Assembly: GCA_018896215.1 (NCBI GenBank)
Contig: JAHINB010000006.1
Span: 2,941-66,940 of the forward strand
Length of the DNA stretch: 64,000 bases
DNA from: Patescibacteria group bacterium
GTDB lineage: Bacteria > Patescibacteriota > WWE3 > 0-14-0-20-40-13
Direction: 5' to 3'
Shown here: positions 46,132 to 55,033 of the stretch, one piece after another
Layout of the letters: every line of letters starts with the position of its first letter
Position numbering within the stretch: position 1 is the first letter of the stretch
Translations under genes and position numbers: made by a program
Notes under the pieces: model-generated
The model's input: only the letters and a program-made list of their open reading frames with translations
What the model was told of the DNA's origin: nothing
The model's database searches: none

Positions 46132-49100
46132 GACAAACTATGAACTCTAATAGCAGTGATAAATTTAAACATTCGTGCCGTTATAAAATATATCGTGGCT
46201 ACCAAAAATGTGCTCAAACTCAAAATAACACAAATCCTAAAAATCCTTTGTGGGTAAAACTCGATGACTAATGTATAACTTTCTTTATTATCTGCATCCT
46301 CGGGACTTACATGCCACAGATTTGCATATCCATTAACAATATCATGACTAGAATTAGAAATAAGTTTTGTCCCATCCAGATACATTCTCCAACCACGATT
46401 GTAACTCTCACTAAAAATTAAATCGTAAGGATCGGTTACTCCTGAAACACTAACCTTGTACTTAGTCGAATTTATCTTAGAAAACACTATGTTAGGAACA
46501 GTTGGGGTCGTATCTAGCGACTTATTCCCCCCTTTCTTAACTACAATGATGGGTTCTAACACCTCCTCTACACTAATATTCTTTACCCTTACATGGGAAG
46601 CCTTCCGAGCATACGGGTAGGCATAAATGTAAAATAGCGCCGACTTAGCATCGTTACTTGCCCTAAAAATCTTTTTGTAACTACGCCAACAATTGGACTC
46701 TCCAGATCTATCCAAACAGCTCTGATCTAATTCAGCCTTGACTAAAACTTTAGTCAAAAGCAACTGACTATTAGAGATTGGGGTTTGAACTGGGGAATTT
46801 GATTCAATAATAGCTATGCCCAAGCCTCCCGAATCAGTCGAATACTCAAAAGATACCGAATATTTCTTACCACTCTCAAAATTTTCCAATGGTTTGTAAT
46901 GTATCATGTCGTCCCACAAAACTAGGCTAGATTCTATTTCCCTAGGACGAGCGATATCTGAACCAAGCACATAATAACCCGGAAAAATGTTTTGCATAAC
47001 AAAATCTGCACTTGAACTATCTAAAGTAGCGAAGTTCGGAACCAACCACCCGCCAGAACCAATTAAATTCTTACCTTTAGGGAGCGATAAATTTACAATA
47101 TAATTTTTGCCTTTTTGAAATGTGGTAATACCATCGTAATACCAACCTTTTATCTCATCCTTTTGGTTTTTGACCTCCGTGTATTCCAAATCAGCAATTT
47201 TGACTTTTGGCAAAATTAGTTTTGCCAAAACACTATCACCAACATAAACACTGTACCTCCCATCTTCCGGAACTTTAAAAGTGTAACAGTAATCGCCACA
47301 ATCGGGGGTCGAGACCTCGTAAATCCAAGCAACAAAGTTTTTATATAGAACTCTAGGATCTTTGCTGTTACCAAAAGTATATTCAGAAAGAGGAATGGTT
47401 GCGTTGGATCTCTCAACATACATTAACACCTTACCCACCATTCCCCAAAAATCCCCCTCACTTTCATCGTCATTCATTATTTTTTCCTTTGGAACATTTT
47501 TAAGCACCTCCATTGATTGATCTACCAGATTCGCATAATCCCTAACAAGTTGTTCCTCTAATTGTGGGGGTACTCTATACTTAGCTATCTCCGCAGCTCT
47601 TTTTGCAGCAAGCCAAAGTAACAAGTCCGCCTTATCAAGGGGGTTTTTGGGGATAGCTTTTTCTATATCTTCCTTTACCTGCACAAATTTGTACTTAAAA
47701 TCTGTGGGATTCGTGTTAACCACAACCGGCCAAGCCCAACCCTCTTTCCATGTTAAATTTTCCAAGGAAAACCGCGAAAACTTTCTAGTACCAAAAATTA
47801 CTCTATCTGCGGATTCTCTCAAAGGTGATTCATCAACCTTCTCTGTATCTTTTATAAAAACCCCAATACCCTTTGCATAATTAGATGTACTCAAAACATA
47901 GGGTAACTCTTGAATAGTTGACCACGAATATACGAGATCTTTCGGAATGTAAAACTTCGGCAATTTATTATCTTCTGGAACCTTATACAGAACTAAAGCG
48001 GGTCTCCCTGTAAGTTCGGCATAGAGCTCTTCTCTTAAAGAAGTATTTGCTTCTCCGTTAGGTATTTTTAAAAGATACTTTGGGTCAAATTCGCCAAACT
48101 CTTGGATCTTTTCAACACCTAACTTATTAATTGCTAAATCATTTTGACTGGGTGGCAGAGTCAACTCCCCCGAATACCTCCAGTCTAAATCATTCTCTTG
48201 CAATATATAATCAACAGATAACAATGCGAGATAATTCTTAGGCAAGTCCGCAACCCGAAATATATTATCTATAACTTCACCCGCTTCGGAACCTGAAGCA
48301 ATGGGGTTTCTCAAAACACTGTTTCCCCCATCCACAAAGTTTACCGCTATGTCATCGGCTGATGAAAATCCATAAATCCAATTCCAAGCTCCACCATAAT
48401 AGGATTTTGGGGTAGTTAGTATTCGAGCATCTTTTAAATTATCGTGAGTAAATTTTTCAAATTCTTTCCAGTATGTTGGTATATTTATCCTTGAAGTTCT
48501 AACGCTCCCATTCCACTTAGACCACACATGCTCGCCCAAAAGAACTGGTTTTGCGTTCATAAGAACTAACAACAAAACGAACATAAATAATCCAAATTTC
48601 CACTTTCCCTGAAAACGCTTTTCAATATTTGTGAGTGCTACATAAAATAAAACCGAGAAGGATAGCACATACAATTCACCGAATTTTGTAAAAGGTTCTC
48701 TAAAAATCTTGAATCCGGGAAAGTAATTAAACAACAAGGTGTAAACGAAACCAAAAGGCGAACGAGACCCCCCTACCAAAAACAGGGAGAGCAAAAATAG
48801 AGCAATAAAAAAGATTTGGGGTTTTCTTGAACTCACTTTTTGTCCAAAAGACAAAGCGATCGTAAAAATAACCAATGCATAGCTAAAAAAGAAAATGGTT
48901 GGCTTGTCATACCAATCATGAAATGGGTAATAATCGTATAGAAAGTGTTTGCCGTACCAACCCCACTGCCCAATGAATCTAAAATTCTGATACAAGTGCC
49001 CCACCGATGAAGCAGAAAACCACCCGCTCTTAAAAACCCTATTTGCATTTTCCATATAATAATAAAGCATAGGTGTTACCCACCACAAATTTACCAAAAT

Positions 49101-49799
49101 AAAGGCGATGTAATAACTTAATACATTTAAAACCCTCGCTCTATGCATATTCTTTATTGATAAAACTAGATACAAAGCCTGGGGAATAAATATGGTCACA
49201 GACAAAGCAGGATTTGAATTTATGGGAGTGAAAATCACCGATAACACCAGTAACTTAAATATGTAAGAAAAACTAAAACTTTTACTTTCTACCAACTTAA
49301 TAAAATAATATAAAGAAAGTGGAAGATATGCCCCATACATTAAAGGAAAAAATGAAAATGGATTCAAAGATCCAAATGCGTTAAATGAAAAAAGCACCGT
49401 TGCAGGAAGAAGCGCAAATACGGAAAATTTCCGGGAGAATAATCTCGTTAATTTGTAGAAACCCACGAACCCAAAAAAATACAAACAGAAAATCAACAGC
49501 CTTTGAAGAACAGCCGTTGATAGAAAGCTAAACAGTGTTGAATAGAGGGGAAATCCCAATAAGTTTGGGGTTGCGTTGTTTATACCCCCTAAAGGAATAG
49601 CGGTATCCCAAATGTATAAGTTAAATGCCCTCTTTCCCAATTGTAAGTATGTGTAATTATCTCCACTAGCCAACAGTTCGACATCACCAAACAGAATGTA
49701 TACATAAACTGCTTCCAAGATTGCAATACAAAGAAAAAATAGCACTTCGGGTCTAAAAGCAAGTTGTTTAATTTTTGGAATACCCATTTTTATCACCAT
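46128..49799 (-). CDS. Giant membrane protein (1223 aa); tandem paralog of 42735-45779 with an additional insertion of about 200 aa in the extracytoplasmic domain.
   Basis: Conserved blocks: LLASGDNYTYLQL, FIGQWGWYGKHFLYDYYPF, FKIFREPFTKFGELYVL, LGEHVWSKWNGS, DDIAVNFV, ENDLDWRYSGELTLPPSQ, NGYANLWHVSPED. C-terminal TM ICVILSLSTFLVATIYFI. Confidence 0.5.
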   Translation of the reverse strand: MVIKMGIPKIKQLAFRPEVLFFLCIAILEAVYVYILFGDVELLASGDNYTYLQLGKRAFNLYIWDTAIPLGGINNATPNLLGFPLYSTLFSFLSTAVLQRLLIFCLYFFGFVGFYKLTRLFSRKFSVFALLPATVLFSFNAFGSLNPFSFFPLMYGAYLPLSLYYFIKLVESKSFSFSYIFKLLVLSVIFTPINSNPALSVTIFIPQALYLVLSIKNMHRARVLNVLSYYIAFILVNLWWVTPMLYYYMENANRVFKSGWFSASSVGHLYQNFRFIGQWGWYGKHFLYDYYPFHDWYDKPTIFFFSYALVIFTIALSFGQKVSSRKPQIFFIALFLLSLFLVGGSRSPFGFVYTLLFNYFPGFKIFREPFTKFGELYVLSFSVLFYVALTNIEKRFQGKWKFGLFMFVLLLVLMNAKPVLLGEHVWSKWNGSVRTSRINIPTYWKEFEKFTHDNLKDARILTTPKSYYGGAWNWIYGFSSADDIAVNFVDGGNSVLRNPIASGSEAGEVIDNIFRVADLPKNYLALLSVDYILQENDLDWRYSGELTLPPSQNDLAINKLGVEKIQEFGEFDPKYLLKIPNGEANTSLREELYAELTGRPALVLYKVPEDNKLPKFYIPKDLVYSWSTIQELPYVLSTSNYAKGIGVFIKDTEKVDESPLRESADRVIFGTRKFSRFSLENLTWKEGWAWPVVVNTNPTDFKYKFVQVKEDIEKAIPKNPLDKADLLLWLAAKRAAEIAKYRVPPQLEEQLVRDYANLVDQSMEVLKNVPKEKIMNDDESEGDFWGMVGKVLMYVERSNATIPLSEYTFGNSKDPRVLYKNFVAWIYEVSTPDCGDYCYTFKVPEDGRYSVYVGDSVLAKLILPKVKIADLEYTEVKNQKDEIKGWYYDGITTFQKGKNYIVNLSLPKGKNLIGSGGWLVPNFATLDSSSADFVMQNIFPGYYVLGSDIARPREIESSLVLWDDMIHYKPLENFESGKKYSVSFEYSTDSGGLGIAIIESNSPVQTPISNSQLLLTKVLVKAELDQSCLDRSGESNCWRSYKKIFRASNDAKSALFYIYAYPYARKASHVRVKNISVEEVLEPIIVVKKGGNKSLDTTPTVPNIVFSKINSTKYKVSVSGVTDPYDLIFSESYNRGWRMYLDGTKLISNSSHDIVNGYANLWHVSPEDADNKESYTLVIEFYPQRIFRICVILSLSTFLVATIYFITARMFKFITAIRVHSLS

Positions 49800-49830
49800 A
49801 TGTATGGGTAACTCCCCTGACTAAAAATAA

Positions 49831-52125
49831 TTAATCACTATAAAAAACCCGAAATTGTAGACCGGGAATATTCTTCTCTTCCGTAGCTACACCAAAATCA
49901 CCAGGTATCATAGTACTTTTGGCTTCTATTGTGGCCGTCTTGGTGTCTGGATTCCAAGAAAGTGTGCTGATATTTGAAAAAACCTTCTGAATATTGTCCA
50001 CATTTTCTGGCAATCCCTCAACCCTAATTCTGTAAGTACCCTTAAAAAATACCCTAAATCTGGTGCTATGACAATACAAGCCTGCTGTTCTGGCCCCAAT
50101 TCCAATGTCGCTGGGAGGCTCAACTTTCTTGCCATCGGATACATACTTCGTATCGGGGTAGGAGTAGCAAGGAGGAAACATATAACCATCCTTTAAGGTA
50201 GCCATATTAAAGGTTAGCGACTTCGGAAAAAAGTAATGAGACATGTCTTTAAACCCCACACTGTAATTTAAACTAATATTGGAAACCCGTTCTTTAAGTT
50301 TAACAACCGCATACTGAGTTTCCAAAAGAGAATCTATTTCCGGATTCCATGTAATTCCAAGCACCTTCCAAGCAAAATACTTTGTTATGTGCATATAAAA
50401 TGCACCAAAAGTTGGAAATCGGTAAAAAATTTTCTCCATATACTTATCAATAAACGCCCTCTGGTTGTGGGTTCCTAAATCAACATTTTTCGTCGTATAA
50501 ACCAAACCAATGTTCCAATAAGGCCAAAGAACATAACGCACATCCTTGTTCTTTTCCTCCGTGATTTTTTCCAAAGAGTCACTTCCTATAGTTTTTGGTG
50601 TGTAACCAGTAAACCACATCATCTTTTGAATCATTTCCTCTTTCGCAATGCCCAAATCAGAGGCTAGCTTCTCTGTATCAATATAGGTTAACGGAAAATT
50701 TCCCTTTTCTGGAAAATCCGTTCTTATCATGTCGACAGTAATTAACACTCTTAGAGAGGTAGTAATCAGGAAAATTCCAAGGAAACCAAAGAGAACCTTC
50801 TTTAGAGACCATCTTTTCAGAGGATCTAGAATCAGAACAGCTTTTTCTAATACCATGGATAAGAGCATTATTCCCAAAAATCCTATCGGGACCCCCCATC
50901 TGGACCAGTGAACAACTCGCATGGAAACCCCTAAATAGTAAAACACCAGCGATAGCGCTAGAACAAGTCCTGTGTAAGGATACAGATCCCCTTCAAAAAT
51001 ACTTCTTATGTTAACTTTTTGTAGCATTTTATTAAAAATCTTTCTTAAATCGTTTTTCTTAACGAGAATAAAAAGTAAAAGAACTAGTACGACAGCCACA
51101 AGGGCTGATAGTCCCAAATATTCAGCAAAAAAATCATATATATAAACCTTCCAACTCCCAAAGGATTGACTCGGATAATCAAAATCAAACTGCGTACTGT
51201 GAACAGTTGCTTTCTTTACCCCATACCAAAATCTAATGTAATCAAAAGGCTTAGGCATAAAAATCACCCAAAGAAGAATCCCGCCAAAAAAAATCCCAGC
51301 GGTGTAAAGGACAGATTTGTATAGATAATTTATGCTAAAAGAGGTGTGTTTCTGTCGCGACCATAAAAATGAATTTACTGTTGTGATGGAAAAAATTGGA
51401 AGAAACAAGAATAAAGACTTTAAATTGGTAAAAGAGCCCAAAAACAAAAATGCGAGATTAATCACAAAAGTTTTGGCAACCGATGCCTTGCTTTTTTGTA
51501 ACCAGAAAGAGATGATAAGATAATTCAAAAAAACTATTACCATCATCGAGTCAGAATTTATCCTAATAAATCTCTCCAAAATTCCTGGGGATGCGAAATA
51601 CAGAACACTAAAAAAGACTGAGCGCAATTTAATTTTGCTATCGTTCTTTTGCAAGACAATAAGTCCTAAGATATAGGCCAAAATATAGAGGATGAATCCA
51701 AACCAATGACCCCAAAAGTATGTGGCCAACGAGGGATCGCCTTGGGGAAAATTTACCCCTGAGCTAGTAACTAGATTTATAAAAGAAAAAAACCCCGCAA
51801 GCAAATATTCGGTTAAAGCGACATGAATATAATTGTGAAGTTCTTGACCAGCCATTATAGTAAAAGCATTAAAATAAAACTGATATTCGTCGGAGTGAGC
51901 CATAGTTCTGGATACTATAGGGATGGTGATGATAAGACCAAAGACAAAAACTAAAATCAAAGGAATAATAAGTAGGTTTGCTAATAAACTCCTTTTAACA
52001 AACAAGTATATCTCCCTAACGGTAGCGTTTTTTCTTAAGTATTTCCAAAACTCTATTATTTTTTTTCTAGCAACATTTATTATTGTTAATATTTTCATAG
52101 GTTTATTTTGTAACTTTAGGAACAC
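49831..52125 (-). CDS. Polytopic membrane protein, GT-C-like (ArnT/PMT_2-like) with a C-terminal soluble domain of about 350 aa.
   Basis: AHSDEYQFYFNAFTIMAG acidic loop after TM1 and about 12 TMs. Confidence 0.45.
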   Translation of the reverse strand: MFLKLQNKPMKILTIINVARKKIIEFWKYLRKNATVREIYLFVKRSLLANLLIIPLILVFVFGLIITIPIVSRTMAHSDEYQFYFNAFTIMAGQELHNYIHVALTEYLLAGFFSFINLVTSSGVNFPQGDPSLATYFWGHWFGFILYILAYILGLIVLQKNDSKIKLRSVFFSVLYFASPGILERFIRINSDSMMVIVFLNYLIISFWLQKSKASVAKTFVINLAFLFLGSFTNLKSLFLFLPIFSITTVNSFLWSRQKHTSFSINYLYKSVLYTAGIFFGGILLWVIFMPKPFDYIRFWYGVKKATVHSTQFDFDYPSQSFGSWKVYIYDFFAEYLGLSALVAVVLVLLLFILVKKNDLRKIFNKMLQKVNIRSIFEGDLYPYTGLVLALSLVFYYLGVSMRVVHWSRWGVPIGFLGIMLLSMVLEKAVLILDPLKRWSLKKVLFGFLGIFLITTSLRVLITVDMIRTDFPEKGNFPLTYIDTEKLASDLGIAKEEMIQKMMWFTGYTPKTIGSDSLEKITEEKNKDVRYVLWPYWNIGLVYTTKNVDLGTHNQRAFIDKYMEKIFYRFPTFGAFYMHITKYFAWKVLGITWNPEIDSLLETQYAVVKLKERVSNISLNYSVGFKDMSHYFFPKSLTFNMATLKDGYMFPPCYSYPDTKYVSDGKKVEPPSDIGIGARTAGLYCHSTRFRVFFKGTYRIRVEGLPENVDNIQKVFSNISTLSWNPDTKTATIEAKSTMIPGDFGVATEEKNIPGLQFRVFYSD

Positions 52126-53146
52126 CTAATTCTAAAAAAGCAAGTATTTTGTGGGGTAAAAAGTACATATTTTTCATAACTTCTATATCACCAACGGTAC
52201 GAATCTGCTGAATCTGCTTTCTCTTACTAAATGTGCTTTTTATATTTTTAATATTCCATACATACGCCCTAAAGTATGAATTGTAGGCAGAAGAAGCCTG
52301 TCCAGTTAGAACCAAAGCCACAGCCTCAACTATATTAATACAAAAATAGTATAGCAAAATCCACCAAACATTCCAAACAGAATAATTTTTTAGGATATTT
52401 CGAATAATATTCCTTTCGGCCAAAAATCTTCTCTTAGAGTTGGTAACATATTTTTCTTTGGGATTTGGATACCCACCAATACCAACGCTACCACCACTAA
52501 AATGGTAGATAACAGAATCAAAAACTGGAATCACAGACATCCCCATTAAGTGAGCTTTCCATGAGAGATCTACATCTTCGGCAAACAAAAAAGTGACTTC
52601 GTCCATCATTCCAATTTTAATGTAGTTCTCTCGTTTCATAAAAACACTAGTCCCATCAGCATAAAAGATTTTTTTTAACCTTTTTTTACCATCCCTGCTA
52701 TAAGTTCTTGCAGGATATCCAAAAATGTCAGCTGCGATCCCGCAGCTAATAAATTCTTTGCCATCGTAGGTCATTTGTCTTGCGGTATATATTTGTTCGT
52801 CATCTTTTTCCGCAGCTTTAACGAGCAGTTCCACACATTTCGGATCAGTCCAAGTATCGGGACCTAAAAGAAATATATATTTTCCGGTCGCATTTAAAAC
52901 TCCAAGATTGTTTCCAGCCGCACAACCCGCATTTGTGGGAGACACCACTACCTGACCTCTTTTAATTCTTTTTTGGGCGTCAACAACTGTATTATCTGGA
53001 GATAAACTATCCACAAAAATTACCTCAATATTTGGGTAGGATTGATTATTAACAGAATCAAAATATTTTTGATTAAATCTTTCGTTTTTATAGGCTGTGG
53101 TGACAATAGAAACCAGTGGCTCTTTAAATTTTCTATCTTTTGGCAT
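52103..53146 (-). CDS. Glycosyltransferase family 2 (rhamnosyl/glucosyl-transferase-like) with a single C-terminal TM.
   Basis: PLVSIVTTAYKNERF, IEVIFVDSLSPDNT, and a DXD-like FAEDVDLSWK. Confidence 0.7.
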   Translation of the reverse strand: MPKDRKFKEPLVSIVTTAYKNERFNQKYFDSVNNQSYPNIEVIFVDSLSPDNTVVDAQKRIKRGQVVVSPTNAGCAAGNNLGVLNATGKYIFLLGPDTWTDPKCVELLVKAAEKDDEQIYTARQMTYDGKEFISCGIAADIFGYPARTYSRDGKKRLKKIFYADGTSVFMKRENYIKIGMMDEVTFLFAEDVDLSWKAHLMGMSVIPVFDSVIYHFSGGSVGIGGYPNPKEKYVTNSKRRFLAERNIIRNILKNYSVWNVWWILLYYFCINIVEAVALVLTGQASSAYNSYFRAYVWNIKNIKSTFSKRKQIQQIRTVGDIEVMKNMYFLPHKILAFLELGVPKVTK

Positions 53147-54044
53147 TTCTAAATTTTAACATTTTGTTTAAGTACGACTCTAAAGCTATTTCCCAATTTC
53201 TCATAACTTTAAGACCCAATTTATGAATTTTCTGATTAATAGCGACCTCAAAAGGCGGTCGTGGTGCATAATAATTCTTGGCAAAAAAATCGGAGGTGAC
53301 CTCCGTCAGCTTAACATGACTAAAATCAAAAAATTCAATTATCTTTTCTGCTACATCGTAACGAGAACAATTTCCTTCGCTAACCATATGATAAAGTCCC
53401 GAATCGGCTACGCGCAACATTTTTACAATACCCTTAGAAAAATCCTCGGTGTATGTAGGACAACCAAACATATCAGTAAGAGCGTATAACTCGGTCTTCC
53501 CTTGATCAACTTGATCCAAAATCTTTTTAACAAACTTTTTATCTCTGTCAAAACCACCCATCATCCAACCCGCTCTAAAAATGTGATAATTCCCTTTTAA
53601 TATTCTCTGTACCGAAAGATCACCTTGGTGCTTGGCCTTTCCATAAACATTTACTGGGTTGGGTTTATCTTCTTCGGTATAAGGGATTTTTTTTGTCCCA
53701 TCAAAAACTCCAGCGGTACTGATATGAACCATTGGGATACCGTATTTTTTGCAGACTAAAGCTACATTTTCGGCTCCTTGGGCATTAGTTTCGTAAGCTT
53801 CGTTGGAATGGGATTCACAATATTCAACATCTGTAAGTGCTGCAAAATTAAAAATATAATCGGGTTTTATTTTTTTAGCCAGCAAAGATATGGAATTTTT
53901 ATCTCTTACATCCAACCTTTGCGTCCAAGGGTCTAGGGGTTTAAGATCCGTGGAAACAATATCAAACAAATTTTTAAAGGTACTATAAAAGGTTGTGCCT
54001 AACATACCAGAAGCACCAGTTATTAGGATACGATTTTTTTTCAT
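53133..54044 (-). CDS. RmlD-like SDR (dTDP-4-dehydrorhamnose reductase family).
   Basis: ILITGASGMLG, LDVRD, PDYIFNFAALTDVEYCE, VHISTAGVFDG...NVYGKAKHQGD, IFRAGWMMG; length 303 aa. This order and spacing of motifs is typical of RmlD. Confidence 0.65.
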   Translation of the reverse strand: MKKNRILITGASGMLGTTFYSTFKNLFDIVSTDLKPLDPWTQRLDVRDKNSISLLAKKIKPDYIFNFAALTDVEYCESHSNEAYETNAQGAENVALVCKKYGIPMVHISTAGVFDGTKKIPYTEEDKPNPVNVYGKAKHQGDLSVQRILKGNYHIFRAGWMMGGFDRDKKFVKKILDQVDQGKTELYALTDMFGCPTYTEDFSKGIVKMLRVADSGLYHMVSEGNCSRYDVAEKIIEFFDFSHVKLTEVTSDFFAKNYYAPRPPFEVAINQKIHKLGLKVMRNWEIALESYLNKMLKFRNAKR

Positions 54045-54075
54045 AAAACAAGAAATACCACTAAAGCTACGGGGG

Positions 54076-54939
54076 CTAGTCTAACATAATATTTCGAAAC
54101 AGAAAATCCCCAACTGTTATAGGTCCATAACCTTTATCGGTAAAATTTCTAAAATAAACCAACTGAAAATTAAATTTATCGCTATACAACAAAGAGTTGA
54201 TTTGGCTAAAGGTGTAATTATTGTTATCTTCTAAACTTATCTCTATATGTAAATACTTTGTTTTGATAAGAGTCTTTTGAGCCCCTCTTAAAACATGAGC
54301 CTCGTAACCTTCGGTGTCAATTTTTAAAAGGTCAATGACCCTAATTTTTTCTTGAAGACACCAGTTATCCAAAGTTGTGGATCGCACTTTAACAGTTTTA
54401 CCACTATCCTTTGCATCCCTATCAATAACATGACTAACGGCGGACTCTTGATCCTTAAAACTCATAGAAACCATTCCATCCTTATCTGAAATAGCAACAC
54501 CATATACTTTGTCAAGGTTAGAAGTGAGGTTTGCTTTAAGATTTGTAAAAATCTGCGGGACAGGCTCTATAGCATAAATTTGCGCTTTTGGATAAAGTTC
54601 TCGTAGCATCATAGAAAAAAACCCTACATTAGCACCAATATCAACAATTGTATTTGCCGTCTTTGAACCCGCATCGCGCAACATTCTTTGTTGCCTCACT
54701 AACATACTTTGATACCCTGCAATTCCATAAGGGGAATCGTAAAAAATCCTTTTTCCAAAAAGATTGGTGTAATTCTCCCCAAAGACAAATTTTTTTATTC
54801 CTGATGAAAGCAAAAATAACTCCCAGTATTTTTTAAAAAGAAATTCTATTTTCTTAGAAAATTCCCAATGACAAACTGCAAACATCCCCAAATCAAGTTC
54901 AATTGAGGATTTAACAAACCAAAACATTCCTTTTATCAT
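54076..54939 (-). CDS. FkbM-family SAM-dependent methyltransferase.
   Basis: DIGANVGFFSMMLRELYPKAQIYAIEPVPQIFTNLKANL and KIDTEGYEAHVL (FkbM domain signatures). Confidence 0.7.
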   Translation of the reverse strand: MIKGMFWFVKSSIELDLGMFAVCHWEFSKKIEFLFKKYWELFLLSSGIKKFVFGENYTNLFGKRIFYDSPYGIAGYQSMLVRQQRMLRDAGSKTANTIVDIGANVGFFSMMLRELYPKAQIYAIEPVPQIFTNLKANLTSNLDKVYGVAISDKDGMVSMSFKDQESAVSHVIDRDAKDSGKTVKVRSTTLDNWCLQEKIRVIDLLKIDTEGYEAHVLRGAQKTLIKTKYLHIEISLEDNNNYTFSQINSLLYSDKFNFQLVYFRNFTDKGYGPITVGDFLFRNIMLD

Positions 54940-55033
54940 TTCAAATAAGGCTTACGCTCAAAAAATATTCCTTTTAATTTTTCGTATTTTATGCCAATAT
55001 CTTCCAAGAACAATTTAGACTACAATTTTAATT

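Noticed and set aside
53290-53304. Short palindrome cggaggtgacctccg inside SDR gene 53133-54044
   Set aside because: It has only a 7-bp stem, lies within a coding region, and matches no other element in the window. It is likely chance.
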